From the NCBI GenBank assembly GCA_027487075.1, contig JAIYEG010000002.1:79202-143201 (forward strand): a DNA stretch of 64,000 nucleotides, given 5' to 3'. Shown in pieces: positions 1-8,908 of this stretch (position 1 is the first letter of the stretch; every line of letters begins with the position of its first letter). The translations under genes were made by a program, and so were the position numbers. Under the pieces are notes generated by a model, which worked only from the letters and a program-made list of their open reading frames with translations, made no database searches and was not told where the DNA came from. The DNA comes from a bacterium (GTDB taxonomy: Bacteria; Patescibacteriota; Minisyncoccia; Phycocordibacterales; CALRBL01).

Positions 1-952
1 TAGTTGCTGTCCACGATCCTCCATAACGCCCCACACGACCCGTTCCATTGGCGTACGCGGTATTTGTTCCTATGGTGTAGTTTGCACTCGCGCTTGTTGC
101 GCCGTTTTGGATGATAAGCCAATACGTAGTACCAGGAATAAGCGAAATGCTTGTAGGAAATACTACCTCGATCCAACCATAACTCGTAGTGACGAGGCTT
201 GCATTCAGTGTTGCTGAGGTGATTGCTGTATTGTTAGGAGATCCTGCGTTGTTAGCGGCGATAATCACTGTGGCATTTGCAGGTGCTCCTGTTTTTCTCA
301 TATAGAACTGCACTTTGTTGATAGGTGCATCAGAAGTGACCCGAAAGCTTTGAGCAAAATCTTGGGTTGCTGCGGCATTGCGGAAGGTTGTTGATGTGGG
401 AGGGGGGAGCGGAGTTTCATTTGTCTGGTCTGCTGTAAGAGCGGCGCTGTCTGCTGCAACGGCTGATCCAGTGATAGTGGCACTAATTGCATTAATGCTG
501 CTATTCGAGTAAATGTTGCCATTGATTGTTGATCCTCCATTGATACTCATCCCATCAGTTCCTGCCTGAAGTCCGTAGTTGAAGTCGATACCAGAACCAG
601 TGCTGATCGCCATCTGCATTGATCGATCATATCCATCCTTTGTCCCAGTAATACTTATACTCCTATTATTTCCATTAGTAGTTGTGGTAATTGTTGAGGT
701 GCCGGAGGTAAGTGCGAGGGTAACTGAGGAAGGAAGCGTTCTTCCTGTTTTGATACGATAAAACGCCTCAGCCGATGCACTCTGTGTCGCGAGGTATGCT
801 TGTTTGGAGCTAAGAAGTCCTTTGGCAGTAGCACGATATGAAAAGAGTGGTGAAAGTGCACCAAAGAGGAGTGCAAGAATGATAGCAATAAAAATGAGCG
901 TATTGAGTAGTACCACATATCCTCCTTCGTGTGATTGCTTAAAGTCTTTCAT
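1..952 (-). CDS. Large pilus-associated (PilX/minor-pilin-like) protein; C-terminus runs off the window edge
   Basis: Open frame verified by hand from the ATG at 952 (complement) to position 1; it is absent from the ORF track because there is no stop in the window. N-terminus MKDFKQSHEGGYVVLLNTLIFIAIILALLFGA has a single hydrophobic helix, followed by a long Ser/Thr/Asn/Gly-rich region. It is the last gene of the pilin operon, 5 nt after the upstream gene's stop. Confidence 0.5.
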   Translation of the reverse strand, partial: MKDFKQSHEGGYVVLLNTLIFIAIILALLFGALSPLFSYRATAKGLLSSKQAYLATQSASAEAFYRIKTGRTLPSSVTLALTSGTSTITTTTNGNNRSISITGTKDGYDRSMQMAISTGSGIDFNYGLQAGTDGMSINGGSTINGNIYSNSSINAISATITGSAVAADSAALTADQTNETPLPPPTSTTFRNAAATQDFAQSFRVTSDAPINKVQFYMRKTGAPANATVIIAANNAGSPNNTAITSATLNASLVTTSYGWIEVVFPTSISLIPGTTYWLIIQNGATSASANYTIGTNTAYANGTGRVGRYGGSWTAT

Positions 953-957
953 AGATC

Positions 958-1485
958 TCATCGATAACTATTTTTAAGAATACCAAGCGAACTATAAGTG
1001 GTGGTAGTGGTGCCACTGCGTGTCTGATACTCAGCCTGAATTTCCGCTCGGACCGCAGATGAAAGTGCGGTGTTGAGCTGATTGAAGCGAAGGCGGGTAA
1101 TCCTGAGTGATGCGGGAGTGAGGAATTGTGTGGTGCCGGCATTGGTCTGGAGGGTGATACGATTGTTTGAAAGTGAATAGACCGATGTTTTTGTGATGCC
1201 GTTTGCATCAAGTCCGGTAATACTAAGTGTTCCTGTATCGACATTGAATGTGCTCTGACCAGCGTTTATGGTTTCTCCTCCACGGATGTCTGAGATGATG
1301 CGACTCAGGGCGAGCGTAGTTTGTGTATCTACACGTGGATATGCCACTACTTCTTGGTACCACGTATATGTATTTATGAGAGTGGTAACAATCACCCCAA
1401 GCAATAGTACGACTCCTCCAATATAAAAAAGTGTTTCGACGAGGGTAAAGCCTTTATGTGGGTGATTGTTAATTTGAGTAGACAT
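958..1485 (-). CDS. Type IV prepilin-like protein
   Basis: N-terminus MSTQINNHPHKGFTLVETLFYIGGVVLLLGVIV shows the classic class III signal (G|FTLVE) followed by a hydrophobic helix. Overlaps the neighbouring genes. Confidence 0.8.
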   Translation of the reverse strand: MSTQINNHPHKGFTLVETLFYIGGVVLLLGVIVTTLINTYTWYQEVVAYPRVDTQTTLALSRIISDIRGGETINAGQSTFNVDTGTLSITGLDANGITKTSVYSLSNNRITLQTNAGTTQFLTPASLRITRLRFNQLNTALSSAVRAEIQAEYQTRSGTTTTTYSSLGILKNSYR

Positions 1486-1966
1486 TGTGCAAAATTAGAT
1501 CACTTGAGGCGAGGGGGGTGTTGGTGGCACTGGTGGTGACGATTTGAATAGTGGCTCTTCGAGAATTTGTATCATTACTTCCACCTGAGGTTACGATATT
1601 CGAGCTCCCATCACGTGATACGGCGCTCATCATAAATTTAATGGCGTACTGATCTCGAAATGCTATTGGGGTGGTAGTGGTAGCATAATTAGAGCCATTC
1701 CACGTGAGGTAGTATGCTGTGCCGTTTATAAGGGGGGCTATGTTTGAGGTCCATGATCTATCCCGAATCAGCTGGAGTGCTTCGCCAGCTTCTTCGGTGA
1801 GGAGGGCGGTACGCACAGTGATGGCACTTGCCGCAGCGAGTTTGATGTATTGATTCCATGCTGCTGACGCTGCGGTGATAACCACCGTAATAATAGACGC
1901 AGCGATAAGTATTTCTACCAGTCCAAAGCCTTTATCGTGTTTTGAAAAGAGTGTGCTCATGGTCAT
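1469..1966 (-). CDS. Type IV prepilin-like protein
   Basis: N-terminus ...HDKGFGLVEILIAASIITVVI is a prepilin peptidase motif plus a TM helix. Its ATGA overlaps the upstream gene. Confidence 0.8.
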   Translation of the reverse strand: MTMSTLFSKHDKGFGLVEILIAASIITVVITAASAAWNQYIKLAAASAITVRTALLTEEAGEALQLIRDRSWTSNIAPLINGTAYYLTWNGSNYATTTTPIAFRDQYAIKFMMSAVSRDGSSNIVTSGGSNDTNSRRATIQIVTTSATNTPLASSDLILHNVYSN

Positions 1967-2409
1967 GATGAGGTAATGGCTCCTAAATCAGTGATGGTAA
2001 TTGTTTTTGAAAGACCAGATGAAGTGTCGATAAGAATGGCCGTACCTGTGGCACTCGGTGTACCGTAGATACGTGAGAAGAGCACTGAGGTGGTGCTTGA
2101 AGCGAGGTTGCCAGAGAGTCTAAACCCTTGAAGAGAAGTGATGACCGTTCTTGAATCAGCAGCATTGTACGAGGTGCCTGCAAAATATGCATAGCTTGAG
2201 GTAGAAAATCGCACACCAGCAGGGTCACCATCCTTTCCAGAAATCGCATCCGCCTTTGCTCGTTCGATGGTGGCGACAAGTCTGTCACTTGCTGTATTTA
2301 GACGAGAAGTATTTCGTGCGTGGTAGAAGCCAATACTACTAATACCGCCAATGACAAGCATGATAGCGATAACGACAAGTATTTCACCGAGTGTAAATGC
2401 GCGGTTCAC
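1963..2409 (-). CDS. Type IV pilin / pseudopilin-like protein
   Basis: N-terminus MNRAFTLGEILVVIAIMLVIGGI has an AFTLGE motif with a conserved Glu+5 and a hydrophobic helix. First gene of the minus-strand pilin operon. Confidence 0.75.
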   Translation of the reverse strand: MNRAFTLGEILVVIAIMLVIGGISSIGFYHARNTSRLNTASDRLVATIERAKADAISGKDGDPAGVRFSTSSYAYFAGTSYNAADSRTVITSLQGFRLSGNLASSTTSVLFSRIYGTPSATGTAILIDTSSGLSKTITITDLGAITSS

Positions 2410-2792
2410 AAAAATATTGTACCACTCATATCAAAAAGTGGCTGTATTGACAAAACTTATTAAGTCTGCTAATTTGCATTTAGACCTCGTGCAATGGACT
2501 TACGCACTTGAGGCGTGATGTTACATGCTGTCTCCACTACGTTACTGCCCACAACGTACGAGCGTGTCCTAGACGCTCCAGCTCGCATCACTGCTCCTGG
2601 TGTAGGTCCCGCGACCCATGCCTGCACTAGGAGCCCACTTTCAAGAACGTGTGTACGTATTGTCACAGCCCGCTTTCGAGCGTCCGCTGAAGGCATCGAT
2701 CTGAGGTATGTTCGTGTGAATTCAAGGACGAGAGCTCAATCTCCTTGCTCGCGCCGCAACCCCAAAATATTCCGAACAGCTCATCGATCGGC

Positions 2793-2825
2793 GCGCCTCC
2801 CTGGTTAGGGAGGCGCTTTTTGTAT
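2793..2825 (+). terminator. Intrinsic terminator (GCGCCTCCC-tggtta-GGGAGGCGC + T5)
   Basis: Perfect 9-bp GC stem followed by tttttgtattttt. It closes an unassigned GC-rich transcription unit upstream of rnpB. Confidence 0.55.
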
Positions 2826-2844
2826 TTTTGTGGTATTGTGTGGC

Positions 2845-3190
2845 TCTGCGCCAGACAATCGCTCTCGCTTGCGAGGGAGGAAAGTCCGAACACAGCCAGC
2901 TTCGGCTGGAGCACGTAGCGGGTAACGCCCGTCTTGTCATATTCAAAAAGGGGCAAAGAGGTGCGAGCAGTGACGCTTGAAGCGAAAGCAGAGAGCATCC
3001 ATAGCAATGTGGATGAATCCATGTGGTAACACACGGAGTGAAACGGCAAAATCCTTACGTCTGTGCAAGGCCGTGTCCCACGAAGTAATTCGTGGTGAAG
3101 TGCCGCTCGAGGGTGTCAGCGATGACACTCCCAGATAAATGATTGTCACCACAGCAATGTGGCACAGAATTCGGCTTATCGGCGCAGGAC
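2845..3190 (+). ncRNA. rnpB: RNase P RNA (bacterial type A-like)
   Basis: Conserved blocks in native order: gggaggaaagtccg (CR-I GGAGGAAAGTCCGGGC), ggtaacgcc, ggagtgaaacgg, acagaattcggcttatcgg (ACAGAANCCGGCTTA). P1 pairs ctgcgcc (2846-2852) with ggcgcag (3181-3187). An extended -10 tgGTATTGT sits just upstream. The ORFs called across this region are spurious. Confidence 0.85.
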
Positions 3191-3197
3191 ATACATG

Positions 3198-3226
3198 AAA
3201 AACACCGCTTAACCGCGGTGTTTTTC
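3198..3226. terminator. Bidirectional intrinsic terminator after rnpB
   Basis: aaaaACACCGC-ttaacc-GCGGTGTttttt: a 7-bp stem flanked by an A-run and a T-run. Confidence 0.6.
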
Positions 3227-3676
3227 TGTTGCTTGACAAAAATTTAATCCGTCGTATCCTGAAAACAAGTGCGCTCTTTAAGAACTAGGTTTGCTGGTAC
3301 ACTGAAGTGCGCATTAGATGCAAAAGGTGGTAATTGATTGGCCTCTGCACCTGCAAGTCATGATATCCCAAGGGTGAATTCGGAATTCACAGGCAGCTTC
3401 CTTCATCAGTCGGAAGCTGATTCCACTATCCGTCATCACTTTCTGGCGCTGGTCACAGCCAAAACGAAAGGATGAAATGCCGAGTTTAACGTCAGTTACG
3501 GCAGCTCAGGGGAAGACCTGAGTACTTTTCAAGAACATGCGGAGCGTCCCGCCTTCAGTGATCACCATCACTGGAGATTATTGTTGCAAAATGCACACCG
3601 CGACAACGCCGCCGGCAGCGCCACCAACAGGTGGGCACAGAAATACGGCGCACAACATGATCGCGCGCACTGACCA

Positions 3677-3717
3677 TCAGCCGTCGTTCCCTCGGGAGCG
3701 GCGGCTGAATTTTTTTA
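3677..3717 (+). terminator. Intrinsic terminator / possible attenuator 40 nt upstream of leuS
   Basis: TCAGCCG...(inner stem gttcc-ctcg-ggagc)...CGGCTGA followed by atttttttt. It closes a roughly 470-nt GC-rich noncoding stretch. Confidence 0.6.
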
Positions 3718-3754
3718 TATAACAACCATTTCATGCTATGATTTTTTAACTTAT

Positions 3755-6622
3755 ATGACACGTCAATACGACCCGAAAGACATTGAACCCAAGTGGCAAA
3801 AAGCGTGGGAAAAGCAGGGAATTTACGCCACCAAGGAAACCGCGGACAAGCCGAAATACTATGTACTCGACATGTTTCCGTATCCGTCTGGCGAAGGGCT
3901 TCATGTGGGGCATCCCAAGGGCTACATTGCCACCGATGTGATCTCGCGTATGAAGCGTATGCAAGGCTTCAATGTACTCCACCCGATGGGGTTTGATGCA
4001 TTCGGTCTTCCAGCCGAGCAATATGCAATCAAGATGAAGACAAACCCTGCGGTAGCAGTGGAGAAAAACGTCGCACGCTACAAGAAGCAGCTTGAAATTC
4101 TTGGTTTTGATTACGATTGGTCACGTGAAGTGAATACCACCGATCCTAAATACTATAAATGGACGCAATGGATCTTTTTAAAATTGCTTGAAAAAGGTTT
4201 AGCAGAAGAACGCTATGAACCGATCAACTGGTGTCCTGTTGATAAGACCGGGCTTGCGAATGAAGATATTGAAGATGGAAAGTGTGAGCGCTGTGGTGCA
4301 GTGGTTGAAAAGCGCCTCATGAAGCAGTGGGTGCTTAAGATTACGCAGTATGCCGATCGCCTGCTCAGTGACCTCGATGCGAAAAAAGAAGACGGCACAC
4401 CACTTCTCGATTGGCCAGAGTCAATCAAGGAAAGCCAGCGAAACTGGATTGGAAGAAGTGAGGGGGCTGAGATTGATTTTAAGTTGATCGAAGCGGGATC
4501 TAAAAATGAAATCGCATGTGCGACGGTGTTCACAACACGAGCAGACACGCTTTTTGGTGTGACGTATGTGGTACTTGCTCCTGAACACTCTCTTGTTGCT
4601 GAACTTCTTGAAAAATCTTCGAATAAAAAAGAGATTGAGGCTTACATTAGTATGACAAAGGCTAAGACTGAAATTGATCGTACTGATACAACAAAAGAAA
4701 AGACTGGAGTAGAGCTTAAGGGTGTTCGAGCTATCAACCCAGCAAATAATGAAGAAGTTCCGGTGTGGATTGCTGATTACGTACTTGCAGATTATGGAAC
4801 AGGAGCAGTAATGGCGGTACCAGCGCACGATGAGCGTGATTTTGTATTTGCAAAGAAGTTTGCATTACCTATTAAGCATGTAGTGGCTCCATATCATATA
4901 CAAGGGGGTAAACATGTGCCACGTGAAGGCATTGAAACTCTTACACGCAGAACTGTCACAGTTATTCTTGAAAACAAGAAAAATGAAGTACTTATTATTG
5001 CTGAACCGGATACCACAACTCTTCTTGGTGGAGGAATCGAAGAAGGGGAGATGCCTACAGAAACTGCACTGCGCGAAATCAAAGAAGAAACAGGATATGC
5101 TGATGTTGAGGTAAAAGAAACCATTCTTGATAACTTCTTTGCAAAAGGATACCGATATACAAAAGGTAAAAATACTTTCACAAATGACTATATCATTCAT
5201 GCTGTATTAAAAAGTGATACACAAGAGAAAAGCGAGATTGATGAAGGTCGTCACCACATAAAATGGGTACCGAAAGAAAATGTACTTAATGAAATACCTC
5301 ACACACATAGTCACTATGAAATCTTCAAGTTATTTTTAAAACCTCATCATACCGGTGATGGATTACTTGTTAATTCATGTTCATTTGATGGAAAAAATTC
5401 ATCAGACGAAGTAAGAAAGGAAATTACCAAACACGTCGGGGGCCGATGGGTGACCAAGTACAAACTCCGCGACTGGGTGTTCTCACGTCAGCGTTATTGG
5501 GGTGAGCCAATTCCTGTGGTGCATGATGAAAATGGTTTGGTGATTCCCCTCAAAGAAGAGGATCTTCCGCTTGAACTTCCAATGGTAGAGCACTATGAGC
5601 CGACTGATACGGGAGAATCTCCGCTCGCTAACATTCCTGAATGGGCAGAGTTTGAAGTCGATGGCTACAAATTTAAACGAGAGACTAATACCATGCCGCA
5701 ATGGGCGGGTTCTTCGTGGTATTACCTCCGCTATATGGATCCGCATAATGACACGACGCTCGTCGACTCTGAAAAAGAAAAATACTGGAACTCAGTAGAC
5801 CTTTATGTGGGCGGTGCAGAGCATGCAACGCGCCACCTTATCTACGCACGCTTCTGGCACAAGTTCTTGTATGACATCGGTGTGGTATCAACCCTCGAAC
5901 CATTCACCAAACTTGCAAACCAAGGGCTTATCACTGCATCAGATGGTCGCAAAATGTCGAAGCGCTGGGGTAATGTGGTGAATCCTGATGAGATGGTAGA
6001 CACCTTCGGCGCTGATTCGATGCGCCTCTACGAGATGTTCATGGGTCCATTTGACCAAGCTATCGCGTGGAATACGAATGGGGTAGTGGGAACACGTCGC
6101 TTCATCGAAAAAGTATGGAAGCTCTCATCAAAAGTGACTCACGATGCACCGTCACATCCCGCGCTGCATCGCACCATCAAAAAAGTTTCTGAGGATATTG
6201 CCGGCATGAAGTTCAACACCGCGATTTCGTCTATGATGATCTTCGTGAATGATCTTGAGAAGGCTGCCTCGGTCTCATGTGCCGATATGGAAGCATTGCT
6301 CAAACTTCTCGCGCCATTTGCTCCTCATGTTGCGGAAGAGCTCTGGGAAGTGCTTGGCAATGAAGGAAGTATTCACCTTTCATCGTGGCCGACCTTCGAT
6401 ACTTCGAAGCTCGAGGAAGATGAGGTCACTATCGCTGTGCAAATCAACGGAAAGACACGCGAAACCATGCGTGTTGCCCGCAATCTTGACGAACAGGTGG
6501 TTGTAGACATGGCAAAGGGAAGTGAGGGGCTCAAAAAATGGATCAAAGAAGGTCAGATCAAGCGGGTGATCTGGGTCAAAAACCGCCTCCTCAACCTCAT
6601 AATTGACTTATCAGCAGAATAA
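3755..6622 (+). CDS. leuS: Leucyl-tRNA synthetase carrying an in-frame Nudix hydrolase domain insertion
   Basis: HIGH-region PYPSGEGLHVGHPKGY, zinc knuckle CERCGAVVE, editing domain (TTRADTLFGVTYVVLAPEH ... AVPAHDERDFVFAKKF), KLRDWVFSRQRYWGEPIP and KMSKRWGNVV. It is 955 aa versus roughly 860 typical. An extra segment of about 150 aa between the editing domain and the LRDW motif carries a canonical Nudix box GGGIEEGEMPTETALREIKEETGY. Confidence 0.95.
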   Translation: MTRQYDPKDIEPKWQKAWEKQGIYATKETADKPKYYVLDMFPYPSGEGLHVGHPKGYIATDVISRMKRMQGFNVLHPMGFDAFGLPAEQYAIKMKTNPAVAVEKNVARYKKQLEILGFDYDWSREVNTTDPKYYKWTQWIFLKLLEKGLAEERYEPINWCPVDKTGLANEDIEDGKCERCGAVVEKRLMKQWVLKITQYADRLLSDLDAKKEDGTPLLDWPESIKESQRNWIGRSEGAEIDFKLIEAGSKNEIACATVFTTRADTLFGVTYVVLAPEHSLVAELLEKSSNKKEIEAYISMTKAKTEIDRTDTTKEKTGVELKGVRAINPANNEEVPVWIADYVLADYGTGAVMAVPAHDERDFVFAKKFALPIKHVVAPYHIQGGKHVPREGIETLTRRTVTVILENKKNEVLIIAEPDTTTLLGGGIEEGEMPTETALREIKEETGYADVEVKETILDNFFAKGYRYTKGKNTFTNDYIIHAVLKSDTQEKSEIDEGRHHIKWVPKENVLNEIPHTHSHYEIFKLFLKPHHTGDGLLVNSCSFDGKNSSDEVRKEITKHVGGRWVTKYKLRDWVFSRQRYWGEPIPVVHDENGLVIPLKEEDLPLELPMVEHYEPTDTGESPLANIPEWAEFEVDGYKFKRETNTMPQWAGSSWYYLRYMDPHNDTTLVDSEKEKYWNSVDLYVGGAEHATRHLIYARFWHKFLYDIGVVSTLEPFTKLANQGLITASDGRKMSKRWGNVVNPDEMVDTFGADSMRLYEMFMGPFDQAIAWNTNGVVGTRRFIEKVWKLSSKVTHDAPSHPALHRTIKKVSEDIAGMKFNTAISSMMIFVNDLEKAASVSCADMEALLKLLAPFAPHVAEELWEVLGNEGSIHLSSWPTFDTSKLEEDEVTIAVQINGKTRETMRVARNLDEQVVVDMAKGSEGLKKWIKEGQIKRVIWVKNRLLNLIIDLSAE

Positions 6623-6637
6623 TGATAAAAAAAAGTC

Positions 6638-7666
6638 ATGGCACTCATTACTTTTAAACCAAAGCAGGTCAGCAAGCGTCTTATTGGATCGCTCCAGTCA
6701 CGTGCCAAGGAAGTTATCATCAATCGGTATGGTCTTGGCGCAGACAGCAAGCGTATGACTCTCGAGGCTATCGGAGACATGTATCACATCACTCGTGAAC
6801 GTGTGCGTCAGATCGAAAATGCCGCCCTTTCTAATATTCGAAAGTCAGAAGAGTTTAAAAAAGAAAAAGAAGTATTTGCTGAACTTGAAGCAGTCCTCAA
6901 GAAGGCCGGAGGCATTGTTGCTGAAGAAGATTTTCTTAATCACCTCACCAAAGACAAGAGTACTCAGAATCACCTCAACTTTTTGCTTGTAATCGGCGAC
7001 TCTTTCCGCAAGGAACGTGAAGACGATGAATTCAAGCACCGATGGTATGTCGATCCTGAACTTTCAAAGAAGGTTCATGAGTCGCTCCGCAAGCTCTACA
7101 GCAGCCTTTCAGATGACACGCTCGTATCTGAATCAGAACTCATCACGCAATTCCTTGAATATCTTAAGGATGTTTCAGATGAATACCGCCAAGAAGAAGT
7201 GATCAAGCGATGGCTCTCAATCTCAAAGAACATTTCGAAGAATCCGCTCGGTGAATGGGGTCTTGCGTCATCATCAAACGTACGTGCAAAAGGTATTCGT
7301 GACTATGCATTCCTCGCAATGCGAAAACATGGTTCTCCTATTCACTTCCGTGATATTGCAAAACTCATTAGCGAACTTTTCAACAAGAAGGCTCACCCAG
7401 CAACCACTCACAACGAGCTCATCAAAGATAATCGTTTTGTGCTTGTAGGACGCGGTCTCTACGCACTTTCTGAATGGGGATATCTCTCAGGTGTGGTAAA
7501 AGATGTGATCAAGAAAATCCTCGAAAAGAATGGTCCTCTTACTCGTGAACAAATCATCGATAAAGTGATGAAAGAGCGCTACGTAAAAGAAAACACTATT
7601 CTCGTCAATCTCCAGAATCCGAAATTCTTCAAGAAATCGAAGGACGGAAAATACTCTGCTGTATAA
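6638..7666 (+). CDS. Sigma-70 region 4-type HTH protein with an N-terminal HTH and no sigma region 2
   Basis: N-terminus ...RMTLEAIGDMYHITRERVRQIENAALSNIRK matches sigma-70 region 4.2. The roughly 260 aa that follow have no motif I recognise. Confidence 0.55.
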   Translation: MALITFKPKQVSKRLIGSLQSRAKEVIINRYGLGADSKRMTLEAIGDMYHITRERVRQIENAALSNIRKSEEFKKEKEVFAELEAVLKKAGGIVAEEDFLNHLTKDKSTQNHLNFLLVIGDSFRKEREDDEFKHRWYVDPELSKKVHESLRKLYSSLSDDTLVSESELITQFLEYLKDVSDEYRQEEVIKRWLSISKNISKNPLGEWGLASSSNVRAKGIRDYAFLAMRKHGSPIHFRDIAKLISELFNKKAHPATTHNELIKDNRFVLVGRGLYALSEWGYLSGVVKDVIKKILEKNGPLTREQIIDKVMKERYVKENTILVNLQNPKFFKKSKDGKYSAV

Positions 7667-7695
7667 CTCTGTAAAGTTTGTGATATAATCTTCGC

Positions 7696-8907
7696 ATGAC
7701 CGAAACGTTAGGTGAAGTATTCGGAGACCTTCTCGTTCAAACGCTCTATGCGTTGTACGTGCTTCTCATTGTGTTTGTACCGATCATCCTCGGCTACATC
7801 TTTTTTAATGTGTGGGTGAAGTATGCACGGGCAAAATTCATATCTGAGCAGTCACACATTCTTCTTGAGTTCAAGCTTCCCAAAGAAATCACTAAATCTC
7901 CCGTTGCAATGGAGATTTTTATCAATGCACTGAGCCAAACTGGGGGCGAAGGAAATTGGTTTGATAGATATGTAAAGGGTGGTATGCGACCGTGGTTCTC
8001 ACTCGAACTCATCTCTCTTGAAGGACAGGTGAAGTTTTTGGTGTGGACACGTAAAGGCTTCAAGAAAAATATTGAGACCCAGCTTTACAGTCAGTATCCC
8101 GATGTTGAGGTGACCGAAGTTCCTGACTATACCGAAAGTATTTCATATGATCCATCAACAAATGAGGTGTGGGGCTGTCAGTTTGTTAAAACAAAAGAAA
8201 GTTTTTATCCAATCAAGACCTACGTTGACTACGGACTCGACAAGGATCCGAAAGAAGAGGTGAAGATAGACCCTATTACTCCCGTGATTGAGCTTCTGGG
8301 CTCACTAGGAACTGGCGAGCAGATGTGGATCCAGATCCTCATTCGTGCACACAAGGATGAATTCGCAAAGCCGGGAACATGGTTTGAAAAAACCGACTGG
8401 AAATATTTTGCGAAGGAGGAAGTAAAGAAAAAATTGAAGCGAGACAAGGGAGAGGGAGAGTCACAGGATCGTCTCACTAAAGGAGAGCAGAAGGCGGTAG
8501 AGGCGATCGAGAAGAGTATTGCAAAGATTCCATTCGATTGTGGTATTCGAGCAGTCTATATTGCTGATAAAGATACATTCAATAAGGCAAATGTCGGAGG
8601 ACTTACCGGATCATTCAAGCAATTTAGTGCACCAGATCTTAATGGCTTCAAGCCAGACAAGACCACATCGTTTGATTTCCCATGGCAAGATATTTTTGGC
8701 ACTAAACTCAAAGAAAAGAAGGAGAAAATCGTAAAATCATACAAAGCACGTGCATTCTTCAAGCCTTTATATCAAGGAAAACATTTCATTATGAATGCCG
8801 AAGAGTTGGTGACAATTTATCATTTCCCAGGACGAGTGTCTCGCACACCGACCTTTACTCGTATTGGATCACGCAAGGGCGATGCTCCATCAAATCTTCC
8901 TATCTAG
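7696..8907 (+). CDS. Membrane-anchored hypothetical protein
   Basis: N-terminal TM segment LLVQTLYALYVLLIVFVPIILGYIFF. No P-loop. It has a start-stop junction with mltG. Confidence 0.5.
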   Translation: MTETLGEVFGDLLVQTLYALYVLLIVFVPIILGYIFFNVWVKYARAKFISEQSHILLEFKLPKEITKSPVAMEIFINALSQTGGEGNWFDRYVKGGMRPWFSLELISLEGQVKFLVWTRKGFKKNIETQLYSQYPDVEVTEVPDYTESISYDPSTNEVWGCQFVKTKESFYPIKTYVDYGLDKDPKEEVKIDPITPVIELLGSLGTGEQMWIQILIRAHKDEFAKPGTWFEKTDWKYFAKEEVKKKLKRDKGEGESQDRLTKGEQKAVEAIEKSIAKIPFDCGIRAVYIADKDTFNKANVGGLTGSFKQFSAPDLNGFKPDKTTSFDFPWQDIFGTKLKEKKEKIVKSYKARAFFKPLYQGKHFIMNAEELVTIYHFPGRVSRTPTFTRIGSRKGDAPSNLPI

Positions 8908-8908
8908 T

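Noticed and set aside
298-918. ORFs 298-540(-), 579-761(+) and 655-918(-)
   Set aside because: They lie in alternative frames inside the long hand-verified minus-strand ORF (1-952) and have low-complexity translations.
2469-3239. ORFs 2469-2696(-), 2515-2808(+), 2663-3049(-), 2722-2946(-) and 2943-3239(-) called across the GC-rich region
   Set aside because: They overlap the RNase P RNA gene and the adjacent structured noncoding RNA. They are low-complexity Arg/Pro/Ser-rich translations, as expected from GC-rich noncoding DNA.
2440-3717. tmRNA or SRP RNA in the GC-rich units flanking rnpB
   Set aside because: I searched by eye for a tag-peptide frame ending Ala-Ala-stop, a GGAUUCGAC/T-arm pair and the SRP GGAAGCAGC motif. 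Only a weak ggaattcacagg resemblance was found, so the assignment is left open.
3600-3754. T-box riboswitch in front of leuS
   Set aside because: A terminator is present, but there is no GGGTGG-ACCGCG T-box sequence on its 5' shoulder.
8864-8908. ORF-track N-terminal extensions (8864 for mltG, 22756 for rplM, 43278 for the phosphotransferase, 49897 for dacA-like, 11279 for the nuclease, 48066 for HIT, 29316 for the small membrane protein)
   Set aside because: The extensions overlap the upstream gene, and internal ATGs coincide with the conserved protein N-termini or a stop-start junction. The internal starts are used instead.
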